Origin: Eledone cirrhosa
Lineage: Eukaryota
Reading direction: 5' to 3'
Assembly: GCA_964016885.1 (NCBI GenBank)
Contig: OZ024752.1
Span: 12,338,001-12,402,000, forward strand
Length of the DNA: 64,000 bases
The notes under the pieces were generated by a model, which saw only the letters and a list, made by a program, of their open reading frames with translations, did no database searches and was not told the origin of the DNA. Position numbers and translations under genes: made by a program. The first letter of the stretch is position 1. Each line of letters opens with the position of its first letter. Positions 11,246 to 24,686 of this stretch are shown here, one piece after another.

Positions 11246-12222
11246 GAGTATACCGTCTATATGCTTCAGCTTTGGTTTGTACCCATGGGAAGTCAGGTCT
11301 TCTGTGTATATATATAAGGGTAAAGACCCCCTTCCATAAACTATCTATTGAATATTATTTTCTACTTCGAAAAAATCCCCATGATGACGGAAATTCTTCC
11401 AATATTGGTTATCTAAATTTAATTGGATAATTAATGTTGTTTATTAATTCCAGAAACTGCAGTTAGGGATGTGATATGAATGAAACTCTCTTATATTAGT
11501 TTGTCTAGCTTGTATTCCTTCCAATAGAGATTTTGGCATAAGTTAAACTATGTTTAGCTCTTTAGTGTTTGCATTACTCTATACTTACTATTGTATTTTC
11601 ATAGTAAAGGCTTTACCTCACATAAATAACTCCCATAATATCAAATCTATGATTTTAATATTATTTATTTTGAGAACAATACCTTAACATTGGTATGAGT
11701 GGACTGTTATGGCCGGTTTGAACAAAGAAATGAGAGAATTCTGGCCAAATAGTTTAAATGCTAAAGGGTTAAATGCTTCTCTGATTTGATAATTTTAGCT
11801 ATCTTTTCATTGATAATTTTTGACACTGTATGATATTTATTTATTGAGTTGCTATAGACGGGTTTTATGGGTACTATTTATAGCATCATTACAAACCTGT
11901 CATATTGTTCTGATATACAGCTATTCATTTAGTTGACACACTGTGCATGGATGGTTAGACACACCACAGTGTTTCGATAAGGACAAGGCCTGCAAATTAT
12001 CTATCAAATACCATTTTCTACTTTGAAAGAATCCTTCTGATGACAGAATTTCTTCAAATATTGGTTCTCTTAATTTATTAAGATAATAAATGTCGTTTTC
12101 TAATTAATTCCAGAAACTGCAGTTAGGGAGATATGAGCAAAACCCTTATATTAGTTTGTGTAGATTGAATCCCAACCAATGGAGATTTTGACAGGAGTTA
12201 AACTATGTTTATATATATATAT

Positions 12223-12370
12223 ACCGTATTTCGTCTCAAGGACGCACCCTAATTTTGACAACCAAAAATTTGAAAAAAATAATAAACAACCTTCGGTCTC
12301 CAGGACACATAGTAGATTTTTGGAACTTATTTTAGGAAAAACGTAGCGTCTTCGATGTCGGGAAATACAG
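12223..12370. mobile_element. TA-flanked pogo/Tigger-like MITE (copies also at ~28730-28898 and 29329-29499)
   Basis: TIR ccgtatttc..gaaatacag. The internal caaggacgcaccctaattttgac is shared by all three copies. Confidence 0.75.
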
Positions 12371-13214
12371 TGTGTGTGTGTGTGCAAATATATATATAAA
12401 AAATGTTTTCCTGTTTTTCTATGATAAAATTCTATTAGCATTTTGTACTGTTTTCTTATTTTCTTAATATATATATATATGTGTGTGTGAGTCCCAGGTC
12501 AGTCAGGGATAACCCCAGTTTGTAAAGTACTCAATACTTGTAAAGTACTCAATACACTTAGTAGAGTGTAAACAACAAATTTAATATATCTACAGGATGA
12601 TTTCCTTCGAATGAAACAGTTCAAGAAGCCATTTCTATATTATATATACATATATCATCATCATTGTTTTTACATGTTTTTCCACACATGCATGGTTGGT
12701 CCTACTCCACATGGTAGCTCTCCACTCACCATGTTCTTGTCATCTCCTCAGTCTTAGCGATGTGAGGTCCACTCTCACATCCTCTGCCCAGGTCTTTCTT
12801 GGTCTTCCACTACTGTGGCTTCCTTCCACTGGGATTTCCTAGCATGTCTTCACCTGGTGCACATCATTCATGCGCATCACATGTCCAAACCAACACAGTC
12901 TTCTCTCCTGCACACTACCTTGGATTCCTCTTAAACCCAGCTTCTCCTTCAGCTCATCCAAGCTGTGTATATATGTATATATGTTTGTGTGTGCATGTGT
13001 GAGCATATATATATGTGTGCGCGTGTATATATATATATATATCGCAAAACAAATTATATATATATATATATATATATTAAAGAGTTAAACAAGATTCAAT
13101 GAGTATATCAAAGAATGAGTTTTACAGTAGATTAGAAGCACTCTACGGAAATAATTTTCCAGAGTTATTAATATTAAAATACAAATATCAATAAAATAGA
13201 TGTTCTTTTGATCA

Positions 13215-13274
13215 ATTACATTTTATTATACATATTTCGGAGGTACAACAGTACGTCCTCATCAGACAAAATAT
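13215..13274 (-). ncRNA. Type I hammerhead ribozyme (inverted copy)
   Basis: Reverse complement of 13382-13444 with an intact core. Confidence 0.78.
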
Positions 13275-13381
13275 GATACATGACATACCCTGAGATGTTA
13301 AATGGTTAAGATTTAATCAAGATTTAATCACTACCTTGATTAAATCTTAACCATTTAACATCTCAGGGTATGTCATGTATC

Positions 13382-13444
13382 ATTATATTTTGTCTGATGA
13401 GGACGTACTGTTGTACCTCCGAAATATGTATAATAAAATGTAAT
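13382..13444 (+). ncRNA. Type I hammerhead ribozyme
   Basis: Stem I attatattttgt/ataaaatgtaat, CTGATGA, stem II gga-c-gtac-tgtt-gtac-c-tcc, GAAA, minimal stem III t-atgt-a. Predicted AUA cleavage after 13432. Confidence 0.8.
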
Positions 13445-13509
13445 TGATCAAAAGAACATCTATTTTATTAATATTTGTATTTTAATATATATATATATAT
13501 ATATATATA

Positions 13510-13820
13510 ATTCGTTTTTGAATTTGTTTTGCGAGATTTCTGATCTGAAAACTTGTGTTGAGACAGATATTGTTATACTTTGGGAGGGTCATTTTGCCAA
13601 TAAAAACACATGTACTTGTTGATTTTCATTTCAATTTATTATAAATTTCCGGTTGGTTCGATAACTTTATGGTTGTTTATATATTGTCAAAGCTCTTTCA
13701 TTACACATTGTGACCTCCTCAGTGACTAGGTTTTTATTTTGTGTATCTCTCCTTTGTTCACTCCTGCACCTTTTTCAAAATGTGTGTTTTTATTGGCAAC
13801 ATGACCCTCCCAAAGTGTAT

Positions 13821-13830
<10 letters not shown>
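13510..13830 (-). mobile_element. Foldback Penelope-like remnant (same family as 3031-3560)
   Basis: Inverted arms ~13567-13612 / 13780-13829, flanked by (TA)n. Confidence 0.7.
13686..13726 (-). ncRNA. Minimal hammerhead-like motif
   Basis: gtca CTGAGGA g gtcaca-atg-tgtaat GAAA gagctt tgac. A homolog lies at 48958-48999(+). Confidence 0.55.
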
Positions 13831-13866
<36 letters not shown>

Positions 13867-15119
13867 ACATATATATATACAATTTGTAATCTGGCCGAGT
13901 TTACACTCGCAAATAAAAAGAACCAGTGCCACCCCTAGGAGCATTGGATTTGGTGTACTTCATATTTGTTTTGGTTGCTGAATACAACCAGGGGTCGCTG
14001 CTTCTCCTGAAGGTCAATAGTTCTCTTCTAACTCGAGCGGAAGCACCTTTCCATTGTCAATTTGAATTGATCATCTACAAAGCCACATTGTTCTCAGAAC
14101 CACTACACCAGTCTTACGATGTGTGCAGCTGGAACTACTGCCACCCATTGATTTGGCAGCATTTTTTTTTTTTTTTTTAGATGGCCGTTGAGTTTTATGA
14201 GTTCTTCCGCCCTTTGTCAGGTTTCATTTTTGTCCTGCAGGGTGTCCAAAATCACCCTCCTCACCAGGTTAACTTGGTGTGGTTGTACTGGGTTACACGC
14301 TACCAGTAGCACTCTAGAGTCACCTGTGAGAGCACCTTGGGAAGGCATGTGGCTGAGTGGTTAGAGAATTGGATTCACAATCGTGAGGTTGTGAGTTCAA
14401 TTCTCGGACCGGGTGATGCATTATGTCCTTGAGCAAGACACTTTATTTCACATTGCTCCTTCTACCTGGAGTTGTGACCGAAAAATAGTATTAGCAATTG
14501 GAAAGACCAACGGAAACATTGTTTCCTCGGTCCGATTTAACATAAGTCGATATATATATATATATATATATAAACACATTATAATTCCATACTTTTATCA
14601 TTAGAATCAAAAGAAATGCAATAGATGACAAAACAACAGAGTTTAGTAAAAAAAAAAAAAAAAAATAGAAATGAGAAAATAGAATTCTAGATAAATCATG
14701 AATAATTTTTTTTTTCTCAAACATGGTAAAACATTGTCATTATATTATTATTTATAATAAAGAAGTCTTTATTCCTCATCACAAATTGAAGAGTCTTGTA
14801 TTGTAAGAGAATGTTTTAGTAAATTCCACATGAAATTGGAAATCTGATTTTTTTTAATTTTTAGTACTGAGTTGTTTTTTTTTTCCTTATAAAGTTAACA
14901 TAATATTGTGTGAGAATGTAATATCAAAAATACATCAGATGTGACATCATTAGAAGATGGAAGAATATCACACCTTGTGATACTTGAAGAGTTCTTTGTA
15001 TGCATGGTCCTGTAGGGGTGCCGTACTGACATACAGTGTTTCTAGAGCATTCTTTTGACAACTTGACAACACCCATCTCCTCTCCAGGTCTGAATACATC
15101 AGATTTCTTCCAGAGAAGG

Positions 15120-15150
<31 letters not shown>

Positions 15151-15444
15151 TATATATTATCTTTGTCTTTATCCGTTCTTTGCCAGGGAATATTTCCACA
15201 AACCAAAGTATCGTCTTCCTGTCTTCCTCCGGTTGCAACATTTTTTGAAATATCCACTTCTGCGTTCACAGATTGACTTTTTTAGTTTCAGAAGATCCCA
15301 TTAAGGGTGAAAGCAGCGATTCTTTGCTTAATCTTTAATCTGTTATTTTAATAAATATTTGCTCTACGGTTCTTATATATTTGATATATATTTATCCTTA
15401 TCAAGCCCTCTTTGGATGTTAGTCTTCAAATTTATTATTATTAC

Positions 15445-15482
<38 letters not shown>

Positions 15483-15499
15483 GCTTCCAAAACGACTAT

Positions 15500-15536
<37 letters not shown>

Positions 15537-15574
15537 GTCCATTGAAGTCAGCAACCAGGATGATGAAATCAGTC

Positions 15575-15606
<32 letters not shown>

Positions 15607-15956
15607 GGGGGGGGAGTGGAAGTGAGAAAGAGATATAGAGGAAGAATCAACCCCAGTACAAGACTGGTACTTTTATTGTTGGTATCGGCGGAATTTGAAC
15701 TGAGAGAGTAGAGAGGTGAAACAAATACCACAAAGCATTCCATCTGACACTCTACCAATTCTGCCAATTCACTGCCTGAAGAGTTCAGTAACCAGAACTT
15801 TAACATAAAGAACCATTTACACATGCATACATACATTTACAAACACACACACTTATACATACATAAAGCAACATCATGTTTTGTTCATTGGCAATGAAGA
15901 TGAGTATTGTAGGTCCACTTAATCTCTGGTGAAATTGTTGATGTTGTTGAGCCCTT

Positions 15957-17571
15957 TAGTATTTACATTACTCTATATTTTCATGGTAAAGGCTTTACCT
16001 CACATAATATCTCACATAGCATTTACATTACTCTATATTTTCATGGTAAAGGCTTTACCTCACATAATATCTCACATAGCATTTACATTACTCTATATTT
16101 TCATGGTAAAGGCTTTACCTCACATAATATCTCACATAGCATTTACATTACTCTATATTTTCATGGTAAAGGCTTTACCTCACATAATATCTCACATAGC
16201 ATTTACATTACTCTATATTTTCATGGTAAAGGCTTTACCTCACATAATATCTCACATAGCATTTACATTACTCTATATTTTCATGGTAAAGGCTTTACCT
16301 CACATAATATCTCACATAGCATTTACATTACTCTATATTTTCATGGTAAAGGCTTTACCTCACATAATATCTCACATAGCATTTACATTACTCTATATTT
16401 TCATGGTAAAGGCTTTACCTCACATAATATCTCACATAGCATTTACATTACTCTATATTTTCATGGTAAAGGCTTTACCTCACATAATATCTCACATAGC
16501 ATTTACATTACTCTATATTTTCATGGTAAAGGCTTTACCTCACATAATATCTCACATAGCATTTACATTACTCTATATTTTCATGGTAAAGGCTTTACCT
16601 CACATAATATCTCACATAGCATTTACATTACTCTATATTTTCATGGTAAAGGCTTTACCTCACATAATATCTCACATAGCATTTACATTACTCTATATTT
16701 TCATGGTAAAGGCTTTACCTCACATAATATCTCACATAGCATTTACATTACTCTATATTTTCATGGTAAAGGCTTTACCTCACATAATATCTCACATAGC
16801 ATTTACATTACTCTATATTTTCATGGTAAAGGCTTTACCTCACATAATATCTCACATAGCATTTACATTACTCTATATTTTCATGGTAAAGGCTTTACCT
16901 CACATAATATCTCACATAGCATTTACATTACTCTATATTTTCATGGTAAAGGCTTTACCTCACATAATATCTCACATAGCATTTACATTACTCTATATTT
17001 TCATGGTAAAGGCTTTACCTCACATAATATCTCACATAACATTTACATTACTCTATATTTTCATGGTAAAGGCTTTACCTCACATAATATCTCACATAAC
17101 ATTTACATTACTCTATATTTTCATGGTAAAGGCTTTACCTCACATAATATCTCACATAACATTTACATTACTCTATATTTTCATGGTAAAGGCTTTACCT
17201 CACATAATATCTCACATAGCATTTACATTACTCTATATTTTCATGGTAAAGGCTTTACCTCACATAATATCTCACATAGCATTTACATTACTCTATATTT
17301 TCATGGTAAAGGCTTTACCTCACATAATATCTCACATAGCATTTACATTACTCTATATTTTCATGGTAAAGGCTTTACCTCACATAATATCTCACATAGC
17401 ATTTACATTACTCTATATTTTCATGGTAAAGGCTTTACCTCACATAATATCTCACATAGCATTTACATTACTCTATATTTTCATGGTAAAGGCTTTACCT
17501 CACATAATATCTCACATAGCATTTACATTACTCTATATTTTCATGGTAAAGGCTTTACCTCACATAATATC
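15957..17571. repeat. 60-bp tandem array (~27 units) derived from the left end of the TTAA MITE
   Basis: Unit atttacattactctatattttcatggtaaaggctttacctcacataatatctcacatagc. The MITE resumes after the array to its right TIR at 17706. Confidence 0.98.
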
Positions 17572-18009
17572 AAATCTATGAGATAGTGATATTATTTATT
17601 TTGAGAACAATACCTTAACATCAGTATGAGCAGTTGGTTACAACCGGTTTGAACAGAAAGAGGTGAGAGAATACTGGCTGGATACGACTGGTTTAAATGC
17701 TAAGGGTTAAACACATTTCAGCATTGGTCAAGCCAATCCAGCCATGACCATCCCATTTTATTGTTTCTCTTAGACATAGCATACAGTAAACTTCTGAAAT
17801 AGTGATTCCTAGAATAACAGACACTCAAAGCTAAAATCATTTTGAAAATTATAATAAACCTGACTTCATTATTTAATTAATACTTATGACTTTCTGTGTT
17901 ATTAGCTTTTTGGTTTTGAATTTTGAAAATTTTTTTTTTTTAGATTTTTAAATGTTCCCCACCCCAAAGGTTTGGTGTGCATTTACCATCTATTGTATTG
18001 TTGCTCAGC

Positions 18010-18280
18010 ATGAACCCATACCTCCAAGCTGGAAGGATTAGATGGAGCCTACACATGTATACTAAGAGTGGCTTTAAATGTCACTTGGAGAGATCATTTG
18101 ACCAATGAGCGAGTGTATGGCAGTCTTTGTCCAGTATTAGACATCATCAAAGAACGTAGAGTCAGATTTGCAGGGCATTGCTGGAGAGCTAGAGATGAAA
18201 TTATTAATGAAGATCTTTATTTGGGGTCCTACACAAGGAAAGCTAGCAGAGGATGACAAGCCAAGACCTATATTGATTTG
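18010..18280 (+). mobile_element. RTE-like LINE 3' fragment
   Basis: [30 protein letters not shown]. Confidence 0.8.
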
Positions 18281-19216
18281 TGACAACATAAACTACCAAT
18301 ATAATTTTATATAAGAACCTTACATTAAATTACTATCTTAGTAAGGAAATAATTAATAATTTTAGTAAATTCTTCAAAATTCTTCATTAATTAATTAAAA
18401 TAGAATGTATTTCATTAGAAATGTGGTCATGAAAAGGTTAAACACCTTCTGTAGACAATGGAAAATTCCCCAAATCTCAAATGCCAAATGTTCCCATTAT
18501 TTGGAAAGCTTACCAAATAACTAAAATGTTGTCTTCCTTGCTTCAAAATATTAGAGTGATCTAGTGGTGGTGTCATAATAAAATACACCCAGTACACTCT
18601 GCAAAATGGTATTACTGGTGTCATAATAAAATATTCCCAGTCCACCTTGTGAAGTGTCAGTGCTGGTGACATAACAAAGTGCACTCAGTACACTCTGTAA
18701 AGAGGTAGTACTGGTGACATGACAAAGTGCACTCAGTACACTCTGTAATGTGGTAGTTCCGGTGTCATGATAAAATGCATTCAGTACACTCTGTAAAGTG
18801 GTAGTGTTGGTGTTGTAACGAAATACACCCAGTCCACTCTGTAAAGTGATAGTGATGGTGTCACAAAAGACGCACCCAATCACCTGTAAGTTGGTTGGCA
18901 TTAGGAAGGATCTCCAAATGTCGAAACCATACCAAATATGGAATGTAACGAACGACATGGGTTGCTCCGACCCATCTAACCCATGCTAGCATGGAAAGTG
19001 GATGATAATGATAACAGTTATTTTGCCATTGTGTGTGTGGAGTCATTGTGTGTGTGTGTGGAATTTTCAGTGAACATTATCAGCTCTGATTGTTTTAGCA
19101 GAGTTTTGAAACTGGTTATCATTCAATTGATTTTCAATTTGAAATTTGAAAAGAAAAAGAATTAGTGGAGAGAAGGTTAAAATATATATCATTTCTGAAA
19201 TATGGCATCATAAAGA

Positions 19217-19318
19217 TCAAGGGTTTGTTGTGTTATAGCTAGCATCTAAGTAGATACCAGTGACATCTTCAACAATGGAACGGTCTGGAAGAGTCTGGGA
19301 CATTCCATACAGGGCACC
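19217..19318 (-). CDS. SGPL1: SGPL1 terminal coding exon N (102 nt incl. TGA)
   Basis: Long polypyrimidine tract cttttcttctag|[33 protein letters not shown]. Confidence 0.95.
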   Translation of the reverse strand, partial: GALYGMSQTLPDRSIVEDVTGIYLDASYNTTNP

Positions 19319-22300
19319 CTAGAAGAAAAGAACAAAAAGAAAACATTCTGTTAAACAACCCTGAGGACCTTTTTGATCTCCATGTGTCTAACACACGTGG
19401 ACATGCCTACAAAATCAGAAAACAGCACAGCTCCCATGACTTTCGGAAACATTTTTTCACGCTTAGAGTTGCTGAAGCATGGAACAAACTACTTGCATCA
19501 GTTGTTAGCTGCCGAGACACTGCATCCTTTAAAACCTCCATGGAACAAACTGCCTGCGTTAGTTATTAGCTGCTGAGACACTGCATCCTTTAAAACCTCC
19601 ATGGAACAAACTACCTGCATCAGTTGTTAGCTGCCGAGACACTGCATCCTTTAAAACCCTCATGCTTCCCGAAATTCGCCAAAACTACACCTGATGTCCC
19701 CCTTCCATACACATGCACACATGTGTATATCATGATTCATGCACTGTTCATTTTCCTGACGTTTGTACATTACCCTATGTACTATACATACACTTTTGAT
19801 GAGTAGTAGTGCACCTGAGCACTGTACACAATATTTTCATTATTAATAGCTAAAACAAGATGTTAGATATTTCTGAAAACTGAGTTGCAGATATGTCCCC
19901 CAATATATGCAGTTACTATCATTGACAGGAACTACATATATTCTTATTGTAATTCTCAGGGAGATTCAGCATAACACTGTGTGTGTAACTAGGTTGGCCC
20001 TTTGAATTACAGGTACAGTCCATCCAACAGGCTACCAAAGTGTTTCCATCTATCTCGCTTCACTCAAGGTATGGCTTGACCTGAGAATATGTTCAATGAA
20101 ATAAACCTAAGATGCCACATTATGAGACCAAATCTATTTATGTTTAGTAAAAGAGAACTTTGTAACCATTCACCCATGTTGTGTCGACATCAACTCCCAT
20201 ACATATTTCTGTCTAGTGTTTATTTTAACCCTTTAGTTACCAACCTGGCCCAAACTGGCTCTGGTTCTATGAAATAAAACCACCTGTTTTAAATATTTCC
20301 AATTTAAATTAAAAATCTTCCAATATAATTTTATATAAGAACCTTACATTAAGTTACTATCTTAGTAATGAAATAATTAATAATTTTAGTAAATCCATCA
20401 AAATTCTTCATTAATTAATTAAAATAGAGTATATTTAATTAGAAATATGGTCGTGAAAGGGTTTAGAAGGGCATCCATCTATAGAAAACATACTAAATAT
20501 GGAACATAAGCAAGAGATTGATTGCTCTGATCTCTCTGTTGACAACCGATTCAACCCATGCCAGTGTTGAAAGCAGATGTATGATGATGATGATGATATA
20601 TACAGTGTATTTCAGTAGAAATATGGTCCTAAAAGAGTTAATCACTTCCAGAACAGCTAATCAGTAAATTTAATCCATTACCCAGTTTAAATCCAAACCA
20701 AGCCTAAGTACTTCTAGCAGATACCACTCTATTGCAAATATTTAGATCAGGCCTCAGATCTCTTTCTCTCCCCATGACCTTTTTAAGGATCTTAAAAATA
20801 TCATGGACTCTGCCTTTCCCTGCTCCCACCTACCCTTAAACTTATTATAGTGTTGGTATCTCAAAGAAAAAAATCTGCTCCTAATACATTCTGTAAGGTG
20901 GTAGTGATGGTGCCATGAAAAAGACCCCAGTAAACTTGTAAGATGGTTGACATTAGGAAGGCCATCCAGCCATAGTGAACATGCCAAATATGGATAGTAT
21001 GAGCAAGATGGGTCACCCCACCAGTTTGGTCTCACACAGTGACAAATTGTCCAACATATGGTATGGTATAGTCCTGTAACTCCTGACAGAGTCCTAGGGG
21101 CGTCGTATTGACATACAGCATTTCTTGGGCATTTTAAGCCTGGCAGAGCCCATCCCTCTCCAGGCCTGAGTACAGCCCATCCCTCTCCAGGCCTGAGTAC
21201 AGCCCATCCCTCTCCAGGCCTGAGTACAGCCCATCCCTCTCCAGGCCTGAGTACAGCCCATCCCTCTCCAGGCCTGAGTACAGCCCATCCCTCTCCAGGC
21301 CTGAGTACAGCCCATCCCTCTCCAGGCCTGAGTACAGCCCATCCCTCTCCAGGCCTGAGTACAGCCCATCCCTCTCCAGGCCTGAGTACAGCCCATCCCT
21401 CTCCAGGCCTGAGTACAGCCCATCCCTCTCCAGGCCTGAGTACAGCCCATCCCTCTCCAGGCCTGAGTACAGCCCATCCCTCTCCAGGCCTGAGTACAGC
21501 CCATCCCTCTCCAGGCCTGAGTACAGCCCATCCCTCTCCAGGCCTGAGTACAGCCCATCCCTCTCCAGGCCTGAGTACAGCCCATCCCTCTCCAGGCCTG
21601 AGTACAGCCCATCCCTCTCCAGGCCTGAGTACAGCCCATCCCTCTCCAGGCCTGAGTACAGCCCATTCCTCTCCAGGCCTGAGTACAGCCCATCCCTCTC
21701 CAGGCCTGAGTACAGCCCATCCCTCTCCAGGCCTGAGTACAGCCCATCCCTCTCCAGGCCTGAGTACAGCCCATCCCTCTCCAGGCCTGAGTACAGCCCA
21801 TCCCTCTCCAGGCCTGAGTACAGCCCATCCCTCTCCAGGCCTGAGTACAGCAGATTTCTTCCAGATAAAGTAAAGATGGAAAGTGAGAGAGAAGGAATGA
21901 GAAAGAGATGTAGAGGAAGAATTGACCCTAGTTGACCTCGGTGGTATATGAACTCCGAAAGCAGAGAGCCGGAACAAATACCATAAAGCTTTCTATCCGA
22001 CATTCTAGCGACTCTGCCAATTTGTCACCTTTGCCAACCTTTGCCAACCTGAGCCAACCTGTGCCAATTTGTCACCTTTGCCAACCTTTGTCAACATTTG
22101 ACCCCATGAAAATCAAATGTAAATTGATGATGATGAGTAATAAACATAAACACAGTCGCAGATGACTGGCTTCTGCACATTTTAATAATAATAATAATTG
22201 TTTCTACTTTTGGCACAATGCCAGCAATTATCCCAGTGTATTACTGGTACTTTATTTTATCGACCTCGTAAGGATGAAAGGCAATGTTAACCTCGGCGGG

Positions 22301-24653
22301 ATTTGAACTCGGATCTTAAGGGCTGTAACGTAACTCTATGCTGCAAAGCATGGCGTCCGACCTTCTACCGATACTGCCAAATAATAATGAAAATTATTGT
22401 GTACAGTTCTCGGAGGCACTACAACTCATCAAAGGTGCATGTACTGTAAATAGAATAATGTACAAATGTCAGGAAAGTGAACAGTGTATGAGTCATGGTA
22501 TACACACAGATACATGCGTGCATGAGTATGGAGGTGTGAGTATATCAGGTGTAGTGTTGACAATTTTGTGTCCCGAGAGCTAACAACTGGTGCAGATAGT
22601 TTTCAATCTGTCAAATTCCATCTACAAGGTACCTATTAACCTGAAGCTCTAGTAGAAGGCACTTGCCCAAGGCGCCACCCTGTGAGATCAAACTCAGAAC
22701 ATTGTAGATGCAAAGAGAACTTCTTAAAATCACAGCTATGCTTGCACCTATCTACAATACAATTTTGCTTCTCATTAAACTGTATTCGAATGTTACACGT
22801 TCAAAGGGAAATAACTTCCTTTTGACCGTTATAAATATTTCATCTATTTTCTAAACACATTCCAGTGTGGAAAATAAACAGAAAATGGAAATAATGGTTT
22901 TCAAATATTTTTATAACTACTCAGATGAGTTTAATATCTATTATTGATTGATAGAGTTGTTAAAACGGCAGATAGAATGCTTTCTGGTATTTGTTTTGGC
23001 TCTCTGCTTTCTCAGTTCATATACCAGATGTCAACTTTGCCCTTCACCCTTTCGAGGTTGATAAAAAAAAGTGTCAGTCTAGTACTGGGGTCGATTCTTC
23101 TTCTATATCAAAATCAGAAAACAGTACAGCCCCCATGACTTTCGGAAATATTTGTTCACTCTCAAAGTTGCTGAAGCATGGAACAAACTACCTGCATCAG
23201 TTGTTAGCTGTCAGGACACTGCATCCTTCAAAATTTCCATGCTTCCCAAAATTCGCCAACACTATACCTGATATCCCCTCTCCAAACACACGCACGCATG
23301 TATCTGTGTGTGTATATCATGACTCATACACTGTTCATTTTCCTGACATTTGTGCATTATTATATGTACTATACATGCACCTTTGATGAGTTGTAGTGCA
23401 CCTGAGAACTGTACACAATAATTTTCATTATGGATTGGTAGAATCGATTGAGTGTCAGACACCATGCTTCGTGGCATAGAGTTATGGTGCTTTACGTTCT
23501 GAGTTCAGATCTTGCCATGGTTAGCTTTGCCTTTCATCCTCAATAAAATAAAGTACCAGTAATGCACTGGGGTCGAATCAATCAGCTTTCCTCTACCCTC
23601 TAAATTGTTGGCCTTGTGCCTAAATCAGAAATCGTTATTCAAATCCCGCCGAGGTCAACTTTGCGTTTCATCCCTACGGGGTCGATAAAATAAAGTACCA
23701 GTAATGCACTGGGTAATTGCTGGCCTTGTGCCAAAAGTAGAAACAGTTATTATAATCTCTTTCTAACTTCTATTCTCTCCTTCTCTGGAAGAAATTTTCT
23801 CTGTTCAGACCTGGAGAGGGATGGGCTTCGTGAGACTTGAAATGCCCAAGAAACAGTGTATGCCACTATGGCACCAATACGACTCCATCAGGAGTTATGG
23901 GACCACAACATACCATATTGTTACAAACATTATTCAATTATATAAATCTTCATTTCCCAATAACCTCAATCAGTTAAATATTTAACACCGAGTTAAAGAC
24001 CACCTCCACAACCTGGCACCTATTCTTCCACTGTCGGGTGATCCCACATCTCCAAGCAAGCAACATATATTCTTCCCTTGCCCTCCCCCATCATTCCCAT
24101 CACTGTTTCCCTCAGCCTGGCTGAGAACACAAAAAATGCCCTAGTATTGTAATAGGGCAGTGCTGATGTTACAGTAGTAGGAGAATCAGTAGTAGTAGTA
24201 GTAGTAGAATCAGTAATAATAATAGTAGTAGTAGTAGTAGTAGTTATCCAGTGGCCTCAGCCGAAATGTACTCAACAATTGATCTCCACGTGGGTCTGTC
24301 GTTCATTGCCATTGCCAAGTCCTGGATTTCAATACCAGAACCTCTGGAGATGACATCGGGGGTAGGAGAGCTTGTGACCCCTGTTATTAGTGACTGCCTG
24401 TGGTTTCCAAAGCACTAATGGGGACACAGCCTCATAGGTGGCACGATGGCAGTGGCCAACAAAACTTACTCTCCTCTTACATACGACAGATATGTGTGGG
24501 AGGCCGGCATATATCTCTCTCAAAGTCAGATGTCACCAGCTTATGTTGTGAATGTGTTGAAGCAGGTGAGTGTAGGTACCATCAAGATAGTAGTGGTAGT
24601 AGTAGTAGTAGTGTAGGTGCCATCAAGGTAGTAGTAGTGTAGGTGCCATCAAG

Positions 24654-24686
<33 letters not shown>

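Larger units (their letters stand above)
13171..13488. repeat. ~150-bp near-perfect palindrome (arms 13171-13321 / 13335-13488), Penelope-like remnant
   Basis: Direct reverse-complement match with a 13-nt spacer; ends in (TA)n. Confidence 0.92.

Noticed and set aside
13920-14340. Possible LINE 5' UTR with an HDV-like ribozyme
   Set aside because: I could not fold a convincing nested double pseudoknot by eye.
15776-15805. CTGAAGA followed by a gttc/gaac hairpin
   Set aside because: No GAAA after the stem.
15929-17581. 550-aa hydrophobic ORF
   Set aside because: It is a translation of a 60-bp MITE-derived tandem array with no splice or homology support.
20754-22003. Three overlapping 244-407-aa ORFs
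   Set aside because: The 27-bp unit lacks stops in all three minus frames; repeat artefact.
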